DNA of 64,000 nucleotides from Malacoraja senta (Eukaryota), in NCBI GenBank assembly GCA_038087875.1, contig CM075998.1, positions 6,016,001 to 6,080,000 on the forward strand. The letters run 5' to 3'. Below, in pieces: positions 12,943 to 26,052 of this stretch. The position numbers and the translations under genes are program-made. Within the stretch, counting starts at the first letter, position 1. The number at the start of each line of letters is the position of its first letter. The notes beneath the pieces are model-generated. The model made no database searches. It had not been told where the DNA came from and saw only the letters and a list, made by a program, of their open reading frames with translations.

Positions 12943-13649
12943 TTGAAGGATCTGGGCCACAGGGAGGAGGGTGGCGGAGAGGGCTGTGGGAGGGCCCTGA
13001 TGCAGAGACACAGCAAACAGCAGATCTCGTAGCCGGAGGGCATCCATAATTGTTTGAAGGAAAGGAAAAGGACTTTTTGTGAAAATGGCATGATAAATTG
13101 TCGTCTAACAGTGAGAAATGGCCAGCTGAGCACAGGACGATTAGTGCTGAGTACAGCACACTCTAGCTCAAAGAGAGAATGATTTTGTTGCCTGCTCTTG
13201 GGTCAGTGAGCTGCTGGGTCAGAAGTGGCTGTAATTTAAATGGATCATTTTGCTAAGTCCCTTGTCAGTTGACTTCCCCTTCCAAGTCGAGGAGGAAGCC
13301 AAATTAGATTTGGTTCTGAAAGGGATAAAATGGCGAGGCACACCTCATTAATCTTCACAGCTTGTTGCTGTTGCAACCAGAGCCAGGTTACCATGGAGAC
13401 CATAAATGGCAGGCCTCACGTCCTCACCCCGTCATCTCGAAAGGAAAATGTCGATTGCCATTTAAGTGATCCTATCAGCCCTGCCCTGTCTCGCGGCAGA
13501 AGCAGGAGCAAGGATTTCACTGCTAATTAGAGAGTTGTGCTAATTACAATGTGTTGTAATCTGTTTACTCTCAGTAGCATTCAATTAAAAGGTAATCAGC
13601 TGGAAACATTACAGGGAAATAAAATCAAATGTAAAAATGGTGCTGAATG

Positions 13650-14298
13650 TGTGGGGGAGGGGAGGGAAGTGTGGGGGAGGGGGGATGTTGGGGAGGGGGT
13701 GTGGGGGAGGGGATGTGGGGAAGGGGGGGTGTGGGGAAAGGGGGGTGGGGAAAGGGAGGGTGGGGAAAGGGAGAGGTGAGGAAAGGGGGGTGGGGTAAGG
13801 GGAGAGGGGGAAAGGGGGTGGGGGGAGGGAGGGGGAAAGGGGGGGTGTGGGGAAGAGGGGCTCGCACTCTGCTCACCCCGCATCTTCAGCTTTCGGCTTC
13901 ATGCAGCAGCTCCCGGTCCCACTCCGGCTTCACTCAGAGGCTTCCGGTTCAACTCAGCAGCTTCCGGCTGGTCGTGGTGGTCGCTGCAGAAGCAGTCCGC
14001 ACGCTGCTCACTCTCTGCATGTTCTCCGCAGGCTGTGCACTCCCCGCGGGCTGCTCAACACACTCCGCCCCTTCAGCTTTTTATTCTCCTCGCCGTGTTA
14101 TTGACAGCGGGTTCCGGAAGGGGCGTTTTTTTACGATTTTTAAACCTTCATAACTTTTGTACTATTTCACCGATCGTAATAATTTATTTGACTTGCAGCA
14201 GAGGAGAATGGTGAGTAAGGTGGTGAAAAATCGTAGTGCAAATTTAATTACAACGCAGACCGGAAGTGGTCAAGATGAGAATTTTAGTAATATATAGA
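13650..14298 (-). mobile_element. Possible non-autonomous Helitron 5' portion, including a G-rich tract at 13650-13860
   Basis: Minus strand starts A|TCTATATATTACTAAAA; no CTAG 3' end found. Confidence 0.4.
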
Positions 14299-14911
14299 TG
14301 GACCAAATGTAGGCAGGTGGGAGTAGTGCAGCTGGGACATGTTGGTCAGTGTGGGCAAGTTGGGCTGAAGGGCCTGTTTCCACACTGTATGACTTTATGT
14401 CCCCCACATACTCAAACACATACACACCAATGTAATCGTCTGTGTGGTTGCTTCAAGTAACTGAATGCTACAGATATTGAAGGGGAGAGTGAGGAGAATG
14501 CTCACTCATTGGGTGTTGATGTTGAAGGTGGGGTTAGTACAGCTGGGAGCTGTGTTAGCCCAACTACAACAAGGCAGCATTCATGTGGCAACCTGACCAA
14601 CAGCATGAGGATGACCTTGTGCTATCTGGGTCATTGGTTGAAGAACCAATCTGAAGAAGGGTCTCGACACCAAACATCACCCATTCCTTCTCTCCAGAGA
14701 TGCTGCCTGTCCCGCTGAGTTACTCCAGCATTTTGTGTCTATCTTCGGTGTAAACCAGCATCTGCAGTTCCTTCCTACATATTTTTCATTATCTTATCTC
14801 ATTTAACCCACTGTTAGCCGAATCACTCGCCTGTGACGTGCTCTGAGGCTAGGGCGCTCTCTCAATGCAAGTTGTAGCTAAAGGTGCCATTGAAGATCTC
14901 AGATGGCGTAC

Positions 14912-15212
14912 AGCATGGCGGCACAGCGTTGCTGCCTCACAGCACCGGAGACCCGGGCTTGGTCCTGACTACAGGTGCTGTCTGTGCTGTCTGTGTGTGT
15001 AGAGTTTGCATGTTCTCACTGTAACCACGTGGGTTTCCTCCGGGTGCTCCGGTTTCCTCCCACATCCCAAGGACGTGCAGGTTTGTAGGTTAATTGACTT
15101 CCTAGTGGATAGGCGAGTGGATGAGAAAGTGGGATAACATAGAACTAGAACGGGCGATCGATGGTCGGTGTGGGCTCGGTGGGCCAAAGGGCCTCTTTCC
15201 ATACTGCATCTG
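14912..15212 (+). mobile_element. tRNA-derived V-SINE (HE1-like), diverged
   Basis: Central block and tail match the family. Confidence 0.75.
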
Positions 15213-15937
15213 TGAATCTCCCATTACAGGAAAGATGTGGAGACTTTGGAAAGGGTGTGGAGGAGGTTTACCAGAATAATGGACACAAAATGCTCAGAGG
15301 GTCAGGCAGCAACTCTGGAGGAAAGGGATAGGGCACGTATCAGAATTATTACTGGATTAGGGGGTTTTAGCTACAGGGAGAGGTGGACAGACTTGGATTG
15401 TTTTCTCTGGAATGCCAGAAGTCTATAAAATTATGAGGCATAGATAGGATAGACAGTCAGAACCTATTTGGATATGGATTATGCACAGCTAGATAAGAGT
15501 TGGTCTTGGCAGTTCAGCATGGACATTGTGGGCTGAAGGGCCTGTTCTCATGCTGTACTGTTCCATGTGGCATCATGGCCTGGTCCGGCCACTTGGATGC
15601 CCAGGAGTGAAGACGACTGCAAATAGTGGTGACCACTGCCCAGTCCATCACATCACGGGTACTGACCTCCCCACCATCGAAGGGATCTACAGGAGACATC
15701 AGCATCATCAGAGACCCACACCACCCTGGCCATGCTCTCATTTCACCCCTGCCATCGGGAAGAAGGTACAGGAGCCTAAAAACTGTAACGTCCAGGTTCA
15801 GGAGCAGCTTATTTGTTTGTGTTTAATGTGTACGTATGCATGTGTATGTATGTATATATATATATATATATATATGGGTATGTGTATATACACACGCTGC
15901 ACTTTTTTTCACGTTTATTATATCAGTTATTTACTAT

Positions 15938-17165
15938 CAGTTTGCCTACCGCAAGAACAGGAGTACGGAGGATGCCATCTCAATGACACTTCACTCCGCC
16001 CTCTCCCACCTCGACAACAGAGACACTTACGTAAGAAAGCTGTTCATCGATTACAGCTCAGCATTCAACACCATCATACCCTCTAAACTGATCACCAAAC
16101 TCGGTGACCTGGGCATCGACCCCTCCCTCTGTAACTGGATACTGGACTTTCTAACCAACAGACCCCAGTCTGTTAGATTAGACAAGCACACCTCTTCAAC
16201 CCTCACCCTGAACACAGGGCTGTGTGCTGAGCCCCCTCCTCTACTCCCTCTTCACCTATGACTACACACCTGTACATGGTACTAACACCATCATCAAGTA
16301 TGCAGATGATACAACGGTGATTGGCCTCATCAGCAACAACGATGAGTCGGCCTATAGGGAGGAGGTTCAGCTCCTAGCAGCATGGTGCGCTGACAACAAC
16401 CTGGCCCTTAACTCCAAGAAGACCAAGGAGCTCATTGTAGACTTCAGGAAGTCTAGGGGTGGCACGCACACCCCCATCCACATTAACGGGACGGAGGTGG
16501 AACGTGTTTCCAGCTTCAGGTTCCTGGGGGTCAACATCTCCGAAGACCTCTCTTGGACCCACAATACCTCAACTCTGGTCAAGAAGGCTCACCAGCGTCT
16601 CTTCTTCCTGAGGAGACTAAAGAAGGTCCATCTGTCTCCTCAGATTCTGGTGAACTTCTACCACTGCACCATCGAGAGCATCCTTACCAACTGTATCACA
16701 GTATGGTATGGCAACTGCTCTGTCTCCGACCGGAAAGCACTGCAGAGGGTGGTGAAAACTGCCCAACTCATCACCGGTTCCTCACTCCCCTCCATTGAGT
16801 CTGTCCAAAGCAGGCGATGTCTGCGAAGGGCGCGCAGCATCGCCAAGGACTGCTCTCACCCCAACCACAGACTGTTTACCCTCCTCCCATGCGGGAGGCG
16901 CTACAGGTCTCTCCGTTGCTGGACAGCAGGTCCAGGAACAGCTTCTTCCCTGCGGCTGTTACCCAACTTAACTCTGTACCTCGGTGATTGCCAGGCACCC
17001 TCCCCCCCCGGATACTCCTCCCACCAGGATTATTAGATTTATTTATTGCTCATATTTATGTCGCTCTTCGAGGGAGATGCTAACTGCATTTCGTTGTCTC
17101 TGTACTGTACACTGCACAATGACAATAAAGTGGAATCTGAATCTGAATCTGAATCTGATCTGATT
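15938..17165 (+). mobile_element. Rex1/Babar-like LINE, 5'-truncated RT pseudogene
   Basis: [42 protein letters not shown]; frameshift near 16220; 3' tail tgacaataaag plus (aatctg)n. Confidence 0.9.
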
Positions 17166-17814
17166 GTTCACAGTGTACTATGTTTCCATATCGTGTTGAG
17201 CTGCTGCAAGTAAGATTTTCATCGTTCTATCTGAGACATCTGACAATAAAACACTCTTGGCTCTTGACATGTTGTAAGATGGTCAGCAGAGACCCAATGG
17301 GCCGAAGGACCTGTTTCTGTGTCATAGGTCTCTCCGAGTGACCCCTGCTGTTTGAATCCCATCGATGAAGGGCAGCAAATGGGCATGATTTGCTTCAGCA
17401 AGCAAGCAGTTAATTAAACGCAAGATATTTTGCCAGCTCAACCGACTGAATGGCTGATGAATGTGTGGGAACTCATCCGTGATGCCCACCGTCAAATCCC
17501 AGTTACTGCAGAGGTGCGCATATTAAATCAGCACAGCACATATTCATCATGAAATATTCCAAGAGAAAGTAAACACAGGCCATGCCTGATTTGATGTGAG
17601 AAGAATTGAAGGCTAACTTCATTTTGTCTGGGTGCACGGCCGTCAGTGAGAGGGGCACTTCTACATGGGGCACAATGCCAGCCCACCACCCACAGGCTCC
17701 ACCTTACACCCCCACCCCCACCCTCAGGCCACTGCTGGGCAAGTGGGTTCGGAGTGGCAGGTGGTTTGGGGTAAGGGGGGTGGGGGCAATAAGTGGGGTG
17801 CATCTGTTGGGAAG

Positions 17815-18190
17815 CTGGTGGAGGGATGGGGGAGGTGTGAATAGGGGAAGGGTGTAGGGGAGAGTGGGGGAGGGGAGAGAGGGGGAGGGGAGAGGTGTAT
17901 GGGAGAGTGGGGGGGAGAGAGGGAGGGGAGAGTGGGGGTGGGGAAAGTGGGGGAGGGGTGTAGGGAAAGGTTGGGGGAGGGTTGGGGGAGGGGAGAGTGG
18001 GGGTGGTGAGGGGAGAGTGGGGGAGGGGAGGGTGGGGGAGGGGAGAGTGGGGGGAGGGGTGGGTGGAGGAGGGGTGGGTGTGGGAGAGTGGGGGTGGGGA
18101 GGGCGGGGGAGGGGAGAGTGGGGGAGGGGAGGGTGGGGGAGGGGTGTAGGGGAAGTGGGGGAGGGGAGGGTGGGGGAGGGGGAAGATGGG
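17815..18190. repeat. G-rich low-complexity tract (G-quadruplex-prone)
   Basis: Repeated gggga/gagtggggg units. Confidence 0.85.
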
Positions 18191-18667
18191 GTGCTAACCT
18201 GCCCTCTCGTGTGCCACCCCAGGGTTCCTTAATTAAAAGTAGGGTCCTGTAATGAGTCACTGCAGATCCTCTCATCAGTGCCCTAAGGCAGTGCTCCCTC
18301 TGGCCGCTCTCTTCCTTCCATGTTTCTGCACATCCCTACGCTCCCCCTTTCTCCGTCCCACTCCCTCCCTCACCCCTGCCACATCTGAATGAGCAAATGC
18401 TGTGCAGAGTAAAGTGGGGAGGCTGGGTTTTGAACGGTGAGAGTCTCTGAAGCAGAATGCTGGGGAGTGGAGGTGTCGGGGAATGGTCTGATTCACTGGC
18501 AGTGCTGGGCAATCTCCGGCCGCGGAGCCTGCACTTCAACTCTGATGAGTTGAGTTTATGGTCACGTGTACCGAGGTACAGTGAAAAGCTTTTTGTTGCG
18601 TGCTAACCAGTCATCAGAAAGACAACACATGATTACAAATCGAGCTGTTTGCAGTGTGCAGATACAT

Positions 18668-18891
18668 TGTAGCGGCACCTAGTGGTGGCCCTGTTAATAT
18701 TGAACCCTCGCGATTGGCTGGTGCGGTCACGTGAGCGCGGAAGCGTTTTGACTGGTTTTTCTGGTAATTCTATCGCCACACGAATAGAATAAGCATCGTT
18801 TATATTTGGCTGCCTAACACGACTCGGCTGACTACTTTATTTTTGTTTAAAATAAAGAGTTTTGTACACCCTACCGTCTCGACTCGCCAAA
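18668..18891 (+). mobile_element. Solo LTR (probably Gypsy-type), 224 bp
   Basis: Starts TGTAGCG, ends CGCCAAA (degenerate inverted end); ACAT 4-bp TSD; AATAAA at 18851. Confidence 0.6.
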
Positions 18892-19034
18892 ACATGATAA
18901 GGGAATAATGTTTAGATGCTGAGTTACTCCAGCACTCTGTGTCTGTCTTTGGTGTAAACCAACATCTGCAGTTCCTTCTTCCATTTGAGCTCTTGCAATG
19001 TCTGTTTAAGTTATCCATTTAACAGCAAAAAAAG

Positions 19035-19808
19035 ACACAAAGTGCTGGAGTAACTCAGCGGGTCAGGCAGCATCTGTGGAGAACATGGATAGGTGACGTT
19101 TCACAGAGTGCTGGAGTAACTCAGCGGGTCAGGCAGCATCTGTGGAGAACATGGATAGGTGACGTTTCACAGAGTGCTGGAGTAACTCAGCGGGTCAGGC
19201 AGCATCTGTGGAGCGAAGGAAATGGGCAACCTTTCGGGCCGAAACCCTGAAGGAAATAGGCAACGTTTCGGGCCGAAACCCGGAAGGGTTTCGGGCCGAA
19301 ACGTTGCCTATTTCCTTCGCTCCATAGATGCTGCCGGAACATGGATAGGTGACGTTTCCCAGAGTGCTGGAGTAACTCAGCGGGTCAGGCAGCATCTGTG
19401 GAGAACATGGATAGGTGACGTTTCACAGAGTGCTGGAGTAACTCAGCGGGTCAGGCAGCATCTGTGGAGAACGTGGATAGGTGACGTTTCACAGAGTGCT
19501 GGAGTAACTCAGCGGGTCAGGCAGCATCTGTGGAGAACATGGATAGGTGACGTTTCACAGAGTGCTGGAGTAACTCAGCGGGTCAGGCAGCATCTGTGGA
19601 GAACATGGATAGGTGACGTTTCCCAGAGTGCTGGAGTAACTCAGCGGGTCAGGCAGCATCTGTGGAGAACATGGATAGGTGACGTTTCACAGAGTGCTGG
19701 AGTAACTCAGCGGGTCAGGCAGCATCTGTGGAGAACATGGATAGGTGACGTTTCACAGAGTGCTGGAGTAACTCAGCGGGTCAGGCAGCATCTGTGGAGA
19801 ACATGGAG
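19035..19808. repeat. 66-bp tandem array derived from the Penelope terminal repeat
   Basis: Unit cacagagtgctggagtaactcagcgggtcaggcagcatctgtggagaacatggataggtgacgttt; about 10 copies, interrupted at about 19212-19336. Confidence 0.9.
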
Positions 19809-20009
19809 AGATCATGTATTGTCATGTGTAATCACTAGAGCCAGGATTTTGCCATAAATGCCACAAGTGCCTTTTCATGCCTTTTTTGATGATTTCAGGA
19901 AGATAATGCCTTTTTCATGATTGAGTGCCTAAATCAGCCTTTTTTTGCCGTTTTAATGTAACTTACAAGAAGATTTACACCACCGGGGCGAAACCCAGCT
20001 GTCAGTGGG

Positions 20010-20376
20010 TGTTAAGTGGGTGATTGCAGAGCGGTGCGTGGGAAAGGGTCCAGCCTTTGCAAACTAGAGTCATGCTTTAAGTAGATGTGAAGTGGTGATT
20101 GGGGATGGGGTGTGGGGGTACCAGGGTTAAGTTTCTGTTTATCGAACCTGCAGTAGAACTCGTTCAGGTCGATGGTCAGCTGACGATTGTCCAAGGAGCG
20201 GGGTGTTTCCTCTTGTAGCTTGTGATTTCTTGCAAGCCCTTTCACACTAAAGAAGAGTCATTTGGTGAGAACTTGCTCCTCATCTTTTCAGAGTACCTTT
20301 CCTTGGCAGCACTGATTCCTTTTCTCAGGTTGTACTTGGCCTGCCTGTAGAGGTCTGCATCACCGCTCCTGTAGGA
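20010..20376 (-). mobile_element. Rex1/Babar-like LINE internal fragment inside the hAT
   Basis: YRSGDADLYRQAKYNLRKGI and DLNEFYCRFDK peptides. Confidence 0.6.
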
Positions 20377-20397
20377 TCTACCCCTGCAAGCGTCAAA

Positions 20398-23300
20398 ATG
20401 CCTAAAGTCAAGTCAACGCCTTGTAAAAAACTGAACAATTTGGTGAGAGTGTACGGGAGTGATATATTCTCTACAGACAACTGTGTGCAGTTTTGCAAAG
20501 CATGTGAGAAAGCAGTGAATCATAAGAAGAAATATTTAGTCTCCCAGCATGTACAGACAGCTAAACACAAGTCGGCGGCAGAGAAACTGAAGGTAGGAAA
20601 TACGCAAGCTTGTCTCCTCACTACATTTACTGCTGGCTCCAGTCGCAAATCTGAGTTTTCGAGTGATCTGTGCAACGCATTCATTGATGCTGGAATTCCA
20701 CTGTGGAAATTGGAAAACAAATCTCTCAGAGGTTTTTTAGGGAAATACACAGAGGAACATATACCAAGCGAGTCATCATTACGGTAAAATGATGTTGACA
20801 GCAACCTCAACATTGTTGTGCAGAAAATTAGAGATGAAGTTGCATGCAACAAAATATGGATCTCAATACATGAGACAACTGATGCTGTGGGGAGATACAG
20901 AAACATAGAAACATAGAAACTAGGTGCAGGAGGAGGCCATTCGGCCCTTCGAGCCAGCACCACCATTCATTGTGATCATGGCTGATCGTCCCCTATCAAT
21001 AACCCGTGCCTGCCTTCTCCCCATATCCCTTGACTCCACTAGCCCCTAGAGCTCTATCTAACTCTCTCTTAAATCCATCCAGTGACTTGGCCTCCACTGC
21101 CCTCTGTGGCAGGGAATTCCATAAATTCACAACTCTCTGGGTGAAAAAGTTTTTTCTCACCTCAGTCTTAAATAACCTCCCCTTTATTCTAAGACTGTGG
21201 CCCCTGGTTCTGGACTTGCCCAACATTGGGAACATTTTTCCTGCATCTAGCTTGTCCAGTCCTTTTATAATTTTATATGTTTCTATAAGATCTCCCCCTC
21301 ATCCTTCTAAACTCCAGTGAATACAAGCCTAGTCTTTTCAATCTTTCTTCATATGACAGTCCCGCCATCCCAGGGATCAATCTCGTGAACCTACGCTGCA
21401 CTGCCTCAATCACAAGGATGTCCTTCCTCAAATTAGGAGACCAAAACTGTACACAATACTCCAGATGTGGTCTCACCAGAGCCCTATACAACTGCAGAAG
21501 AACCTCTTTACTCCTATACTGAAATCCTTTTGTTATGAAGGCCAACATTCCATTAGCTTTCTTCACTGCCTGCTGTACCTGTAAGCCAACTTTCAGTGAC
21601 CGGTGTACAAGGACGCCCAGGTCTCGCTGCATCTCCCCCTTACCTAACCTAACCTCATTGAGATAATAATCTGCCCCCTTGTTTTTGCCGCCAAAGTGGA
21701 TAACCTCACATTTATCTATATTATACTGCATCTGCCACGCATCTGCCCACTCACTCAACCTGTCCAGGTCACCCTGCAACCTCCTAACATCCTCTTCACA
21801 GTTCACACTTACACGCAGCTTTGTGTCATCCGCAAACTTGTTAGTGTTGCTCCTAATTCCCTCTTCCAAATCATTAATATATATGGTAAACAGTTGCGGC
21901 CCCAACACCGAGCCTTGCGGCACTCCGCGCGCCACTGCCTGCCATTCTGAAAAGGACCCGTTCACTCCTATTCTTTGCTTCCTGTCTGCCAACCAATTTT
22001 CTATCCATGTCAACACCCTACCCCCAATACCATGTGCTCTAATTTTAGTCACTAGTCTCCCGTGCGGGACCTTATCAAAGGCTTTCTGAAAGTCTAGATA
22101 TACTACATCCACTGGCTCCCCTTCATCCATTTTACTTGTCACATCCTCAAAAAATTCCAGAAGATTAGTCAAGCACGATTTTCCTTTCATAAATCCATGT
22201 TGACTTGGACTAATCCTTTTACTGCTATCCAAATGCCCCATTATTACCTCTTTAATAATTGACTCCGGCATCTTTCCCACCACCAAAGTCAGGCTAACTG
22301 GTCTGTAATTCCCCGTTTTCTCTCTCGCTCCTTTCTTGAAAAGTGGGATAACATTAGCTATCCTCCAATCCATAGGAACTGATACTGAATCTATTGAACA
22401 TTGGAAAATGATCACCAATGCATCCACTATTTCTACAGCCACCTCCCTGAGGACCCTGGGATGCAGTCCATCAGGCCCAGGGGATTTATCATCCTTCAGT
22501 CCCATTAGCCTACCCAATACTATTTCTCGCCTAATGAAAATTTATTTCACCCTTGTCTGCCTTCAAGGGACCCACATTTGACTTTGCTACTCTTTTTCCC
22601 TTAACATATCTAAAGAAGCTTTTACTGTCCTTCTTTATATTCCTGGCCAGCTTCCCTTCGTACTTCATCTTTTCAGCCCGTATTGCCCGTTTTGTTTCCT
22701 TCTGTTGTCCTATGAAAGTTTCCCAATCATCTGGCTTCCGGCTACTCTTTGCTGTGTTATACATCTTTACTTTTAGTTTTATTCTATCCCCAACTTCTCT
22801 TGTCAGCCACGGTTGCCTCCTACTCCCCTTAGAATCTTTCTTCCTTTTTGGAATGAAATGATCCTGCGTCTTCCGGATTATGCCCAGAAATTCCTGCCAT
22901 TGCTGTTCCACCGTCAATCCTGCTAGGATCCCTTTCCAGTCTACCTTCGCCAGCTCCCCTCTCATGCCTTCATAGTTCCCTTTGTTCAACTGCATCACTG
23001 CCACTTCCGATTTAACCTTCACCTTCTCAAATTGCAGATTAAAAGTGGTCAATGTGGTCATTGCTACACTAGAGGCAGGTCAACCATCAAAGGAGTATTT
23101 CTTGACATCGGAGAAGTCAAAGAGCTCAACTATTGCTCAGTTGTTTACATCTTCACTTGCTGTACTTTGTACTTAAAGTTCCAGGCGATGTACGTAAACA
23201 CATACAAGGAAAATGTGAGAGGGGGATTTTAGCTAACAAAGATCTTGAAGAAATACACAACATAGCTAAAGTTCTCAAAGGTAGTTGTAATACACAAGAT

Positions 23301-23479
23301 ATTGACATGAATATAGAGTCTGTAGCTTGTTTCGGGTATGCACCAGTGACCTCAGCTGGAGTATAAAGAAGTTTTTCACAACTGTAGCATATTCTGTCTG
23401 ACAGACGGCATAGTTTAACACCAGATAATTTGAAAAAATGCTGGTAGTTATGTGCAACCAGGCAACTTTGGTCATTTAA
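20398..23479 (+). pseudogene. hAT transposase pseudogene (pieces 20398-20898 and 23045-23479)
   Basis: N-terminal C..C...H....H zinc finger (FCKACE...QHVQTAKH); KIWISIHETTDAVGRY|VVNVVI rejoins across the CR1; C-terminal APVTS...RSFS...LSDRRHSL; stops and an internal deletion. Confidence 0.8.
20899..23044 (-). mobile_element. CR1 LINE, 5'-truncated, RT region
   Basis: KSPGPDG, NYRPVSLT, YLDFQKAFDKV, GVPQGSVLGP, FADDT; (gaaacata)n tail. Confidence 0.95.
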
Positions 23480-24537
23480 TGTAGTATACCTTTATAATTA
23501 TCATTTTTAACCATATTTTTGTGGTAGAAATAAATGCCTTTTATGCCTTTTTTTGTCATAAATGCCCCTTTCGTGCCTTTTTTGTAATTTTATTATGCCT
23601 TTTTGCCTGCCTATTTCAGAGATTTTTAGCACCTAAACATCCTGGCTCTAGTAATCACGTATTGTCTTTCCGCTGACAGGACAGCATGCAACTATAGCTT
23701 TTCACTGTACCTCGGTACACGTGACAAGAAACTAAACTCAATCTAGGTGACGTTTCACGTCGTACCTGTCGGAATAATTGACACGAGGTGTGAATGATGG
23801 TTAACGTCTTCTTTAATGGCAATAACTTAGACAAGGAGAAGATTTAAGCAAGGGATTGTGCTGCAGACTCTAAAGCAGAATATGGAAGGTCAGCCACATA
23901 CACTTGTGTTCAAGGTTAACTGTTGTCATTCTCTCCTTAGCAACATGGCCTTATCACTAAAGAACAAGACAGGCGGATGTTCAAGTTGTTGCCTTTGTGG
24001 GTCAGTGTGCCAGACATGATTAGGATAGCACAGACGGGCAGCTTGACTGGATTCCACAGATTGAAGTGTCTCCCGTGTTCACGACAAGCTCAAGGGATGG
24101 CAGGGTGGCGCAGCGGTAGAGTTGCTTCCTCACAGCACCGGAGACCCGGGTTCCATCCTGACTAGAACAAGGGTGGAGCTGGTGCGGTATACTTTGTAAC
24201 TTTGTCAGTGCCCTTTAGGTGATGACTATTTGCATACCTTGGGTTGTGCAAGCAAAGAATGTCACTGTGACTTGTCACATGTGAGAATAAAGTATTCAAT
24301 TCAATTCAATACAATTCAAGATGGGGTTAGGAGGGAGAGATAGATCAGCCACGATTGAATGGCAGAGTAGACTTGATGGACCGAATGGCCTAATTCTGCT
24401 CCTATCACTTATGACTTTATGAACTCATGGGAGCAGAATCTTTCATTCACATCCTATTCTGTCTGGAGCTTAAAATTCATTTCACATTGTCCCAACACAG
24501 ATCTAACAAACACAGAGGACCACTTACATTCACTTAT

Positions 24538-25425
24538 CGGAGATGTCCTCATTCTTCAGGGAACGGGGGTTCCCTCTTCTACTATAGATGAGGCTCTCAC
24601 CAGGGTCTCTTCTATACCCCGTAACTCTGCTCTTACTCCCCATCCCCCCACTCGTAACAAGGGCAGAGTCCCCCTTGTCCTCACCTTCCACCCTACCAGC
24701 CGTCACATACAACAAATAATCCTCCGACATTTTCGCCACCTCCAACGGGATCCCACCACTGGCCACATCTTCCCATCTCCTCCCCTGTCTGCTTTCCGCA
24801 AAGACCGCTCCCTCCGTAACTCCCTGGTCAATTCGTCCCTTCCCACCCGTACCAGCCCCTCTCCGGGCACTTTGCCTTGCAACTGCAGGAAATGCTACAC
24901 TTGTCGCTTTACCTCCACCCTTGACTCCATTCAAGGACCCAAGCAGTCTTTCCAGGTGCGGCAGAGGTTCACCTGCACCTCCTCCAACCTCATCTATTGC
25001 ATCCGCTGCTCTAGGTGTCAGCTGCTCTACATCGGTGAGTCCAAGCGTAGGCTTGGTGATCGCTTCGCCCAACACCTCCGCTTGGTCCGCATTAACCAAC
25101 CTGATCTCCCGGTGGCTCAGCGCTTCAACTCCCCCTCCCATTCCGAATCCGACCTTTCTGTCCTGGGCCTCCTCCATGGCCAGAGTGAGGCCCACCGTAA
25201 ATTGGAGGAGCAGCACCTCATATTTCGCTTGGGTAGTTTACACCCCAGCGGTATGAACATTGACTTCTCCAATTTCAGGTAGTCCCTGCTTTCTCCTTCT
25301 TTCCCCTCCCCTTCCCAGCTCCCGCACAGCCCACTGTCTCCGCCTCTTCCTTTCTTCTTCCCGCCCCCCCCCCCCCCCCCCACCCTCACATCAGTCTGAA
25401 GAAGGGTCTCGACCCAAAACGTCAG
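24538..25425 (+). mobile_element. Penelope-like element 3' part (RT C-terminal region plus GIY-YIG)
   Basis: VPLVLTFHP, CNCRKCYTC, NLIYCIRC..CQLLYIGES..RF..H; terminal repeat with a mutated hammerhead motif near 25396-25423. Confidence 0.9.
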
Positions 25426-25762
25426 AGAATCGATGGGGTTAGTTAGTTTAAAAAAAAACTGCTTGTGCGTCAAGGTTACAACTGATAAGAGCCTAAACAA
25501 AGTGGTGAGCAGCTAATCCCTTCCTGGTAGGAAGCTACTTGATACATCCTAATTATCCAATTGCAGATAAACAAGCCAGTTTTTCAGTGGTAGACAAAAA
25601 TGCTGGAGAAACTCAGCGGGTGAGGCAGTGTTGAGTTTCTCCAGCATTTTGTCTACCTATGATTTTTCCAGCATCTGCAGTTCTTTCTGAAACAGTTTTT
25701 CAGTGGTGTGTTCAGTGTGCTTGTTGTGAAAGTTGTTAGTTGAATGGCCAGTGTCTGTTTGA

Positions 25763-26052
25763 TTAGTTTAGTTTAGTTTAGAGATACAGGCCCTTCGGCC
25801 CACCGAGTCCGTGCCGACCAGCGATCCCCGCACACTAACACTATCCTACACTATTTATTTATACCAAGCCATTGAACCTACAAACCTGTACGTCTTTGGA
25901 GTGTGGGAGGAAACCGGAGCACCCGGAGAAAACCCACGCAGGTCACGGGGAGAACGTGCAAACTCCGTACAGACAGCACCTGTAGTCAGGATGGAAACCG
26001 GGTCTCTGGTGCCATGAGGCAGCAACTCTACCGCTGCACCACCGTGCCGCCG
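25763..26052 (-). mobile_element. tRNA-derived V-SINE (HE1-like)
   Basis: Family match. Confidence 0.85.

Larger units (their letters stand above)
19836..23650 (+). mobile_element. hAT DNA transposon (CGGBP-like transposase), decayed, with nested insertions
   Basis: TIR tagagccaggat/atcctggctcta; 8-bp TSD gtaatcac at 19828-19835 and 23651-23658; subterminal tgcctttt repeats. Confidence 0.9.

Noticed and set aside
13596..14153. Gly- and Pro-rich ORFs (also 17724-18275)
   Set aside because: Products of G-rich low-complexity tracts.
19222..19857. 211-aa ORF with 22-aa repeats; CRISPR-like appearance
   Set aside because: It is a 66-bp head-to-tail repeat with no spacers or cas genes, in a eukaryotic context; the frame stays open because the unit is a multiple of 3.
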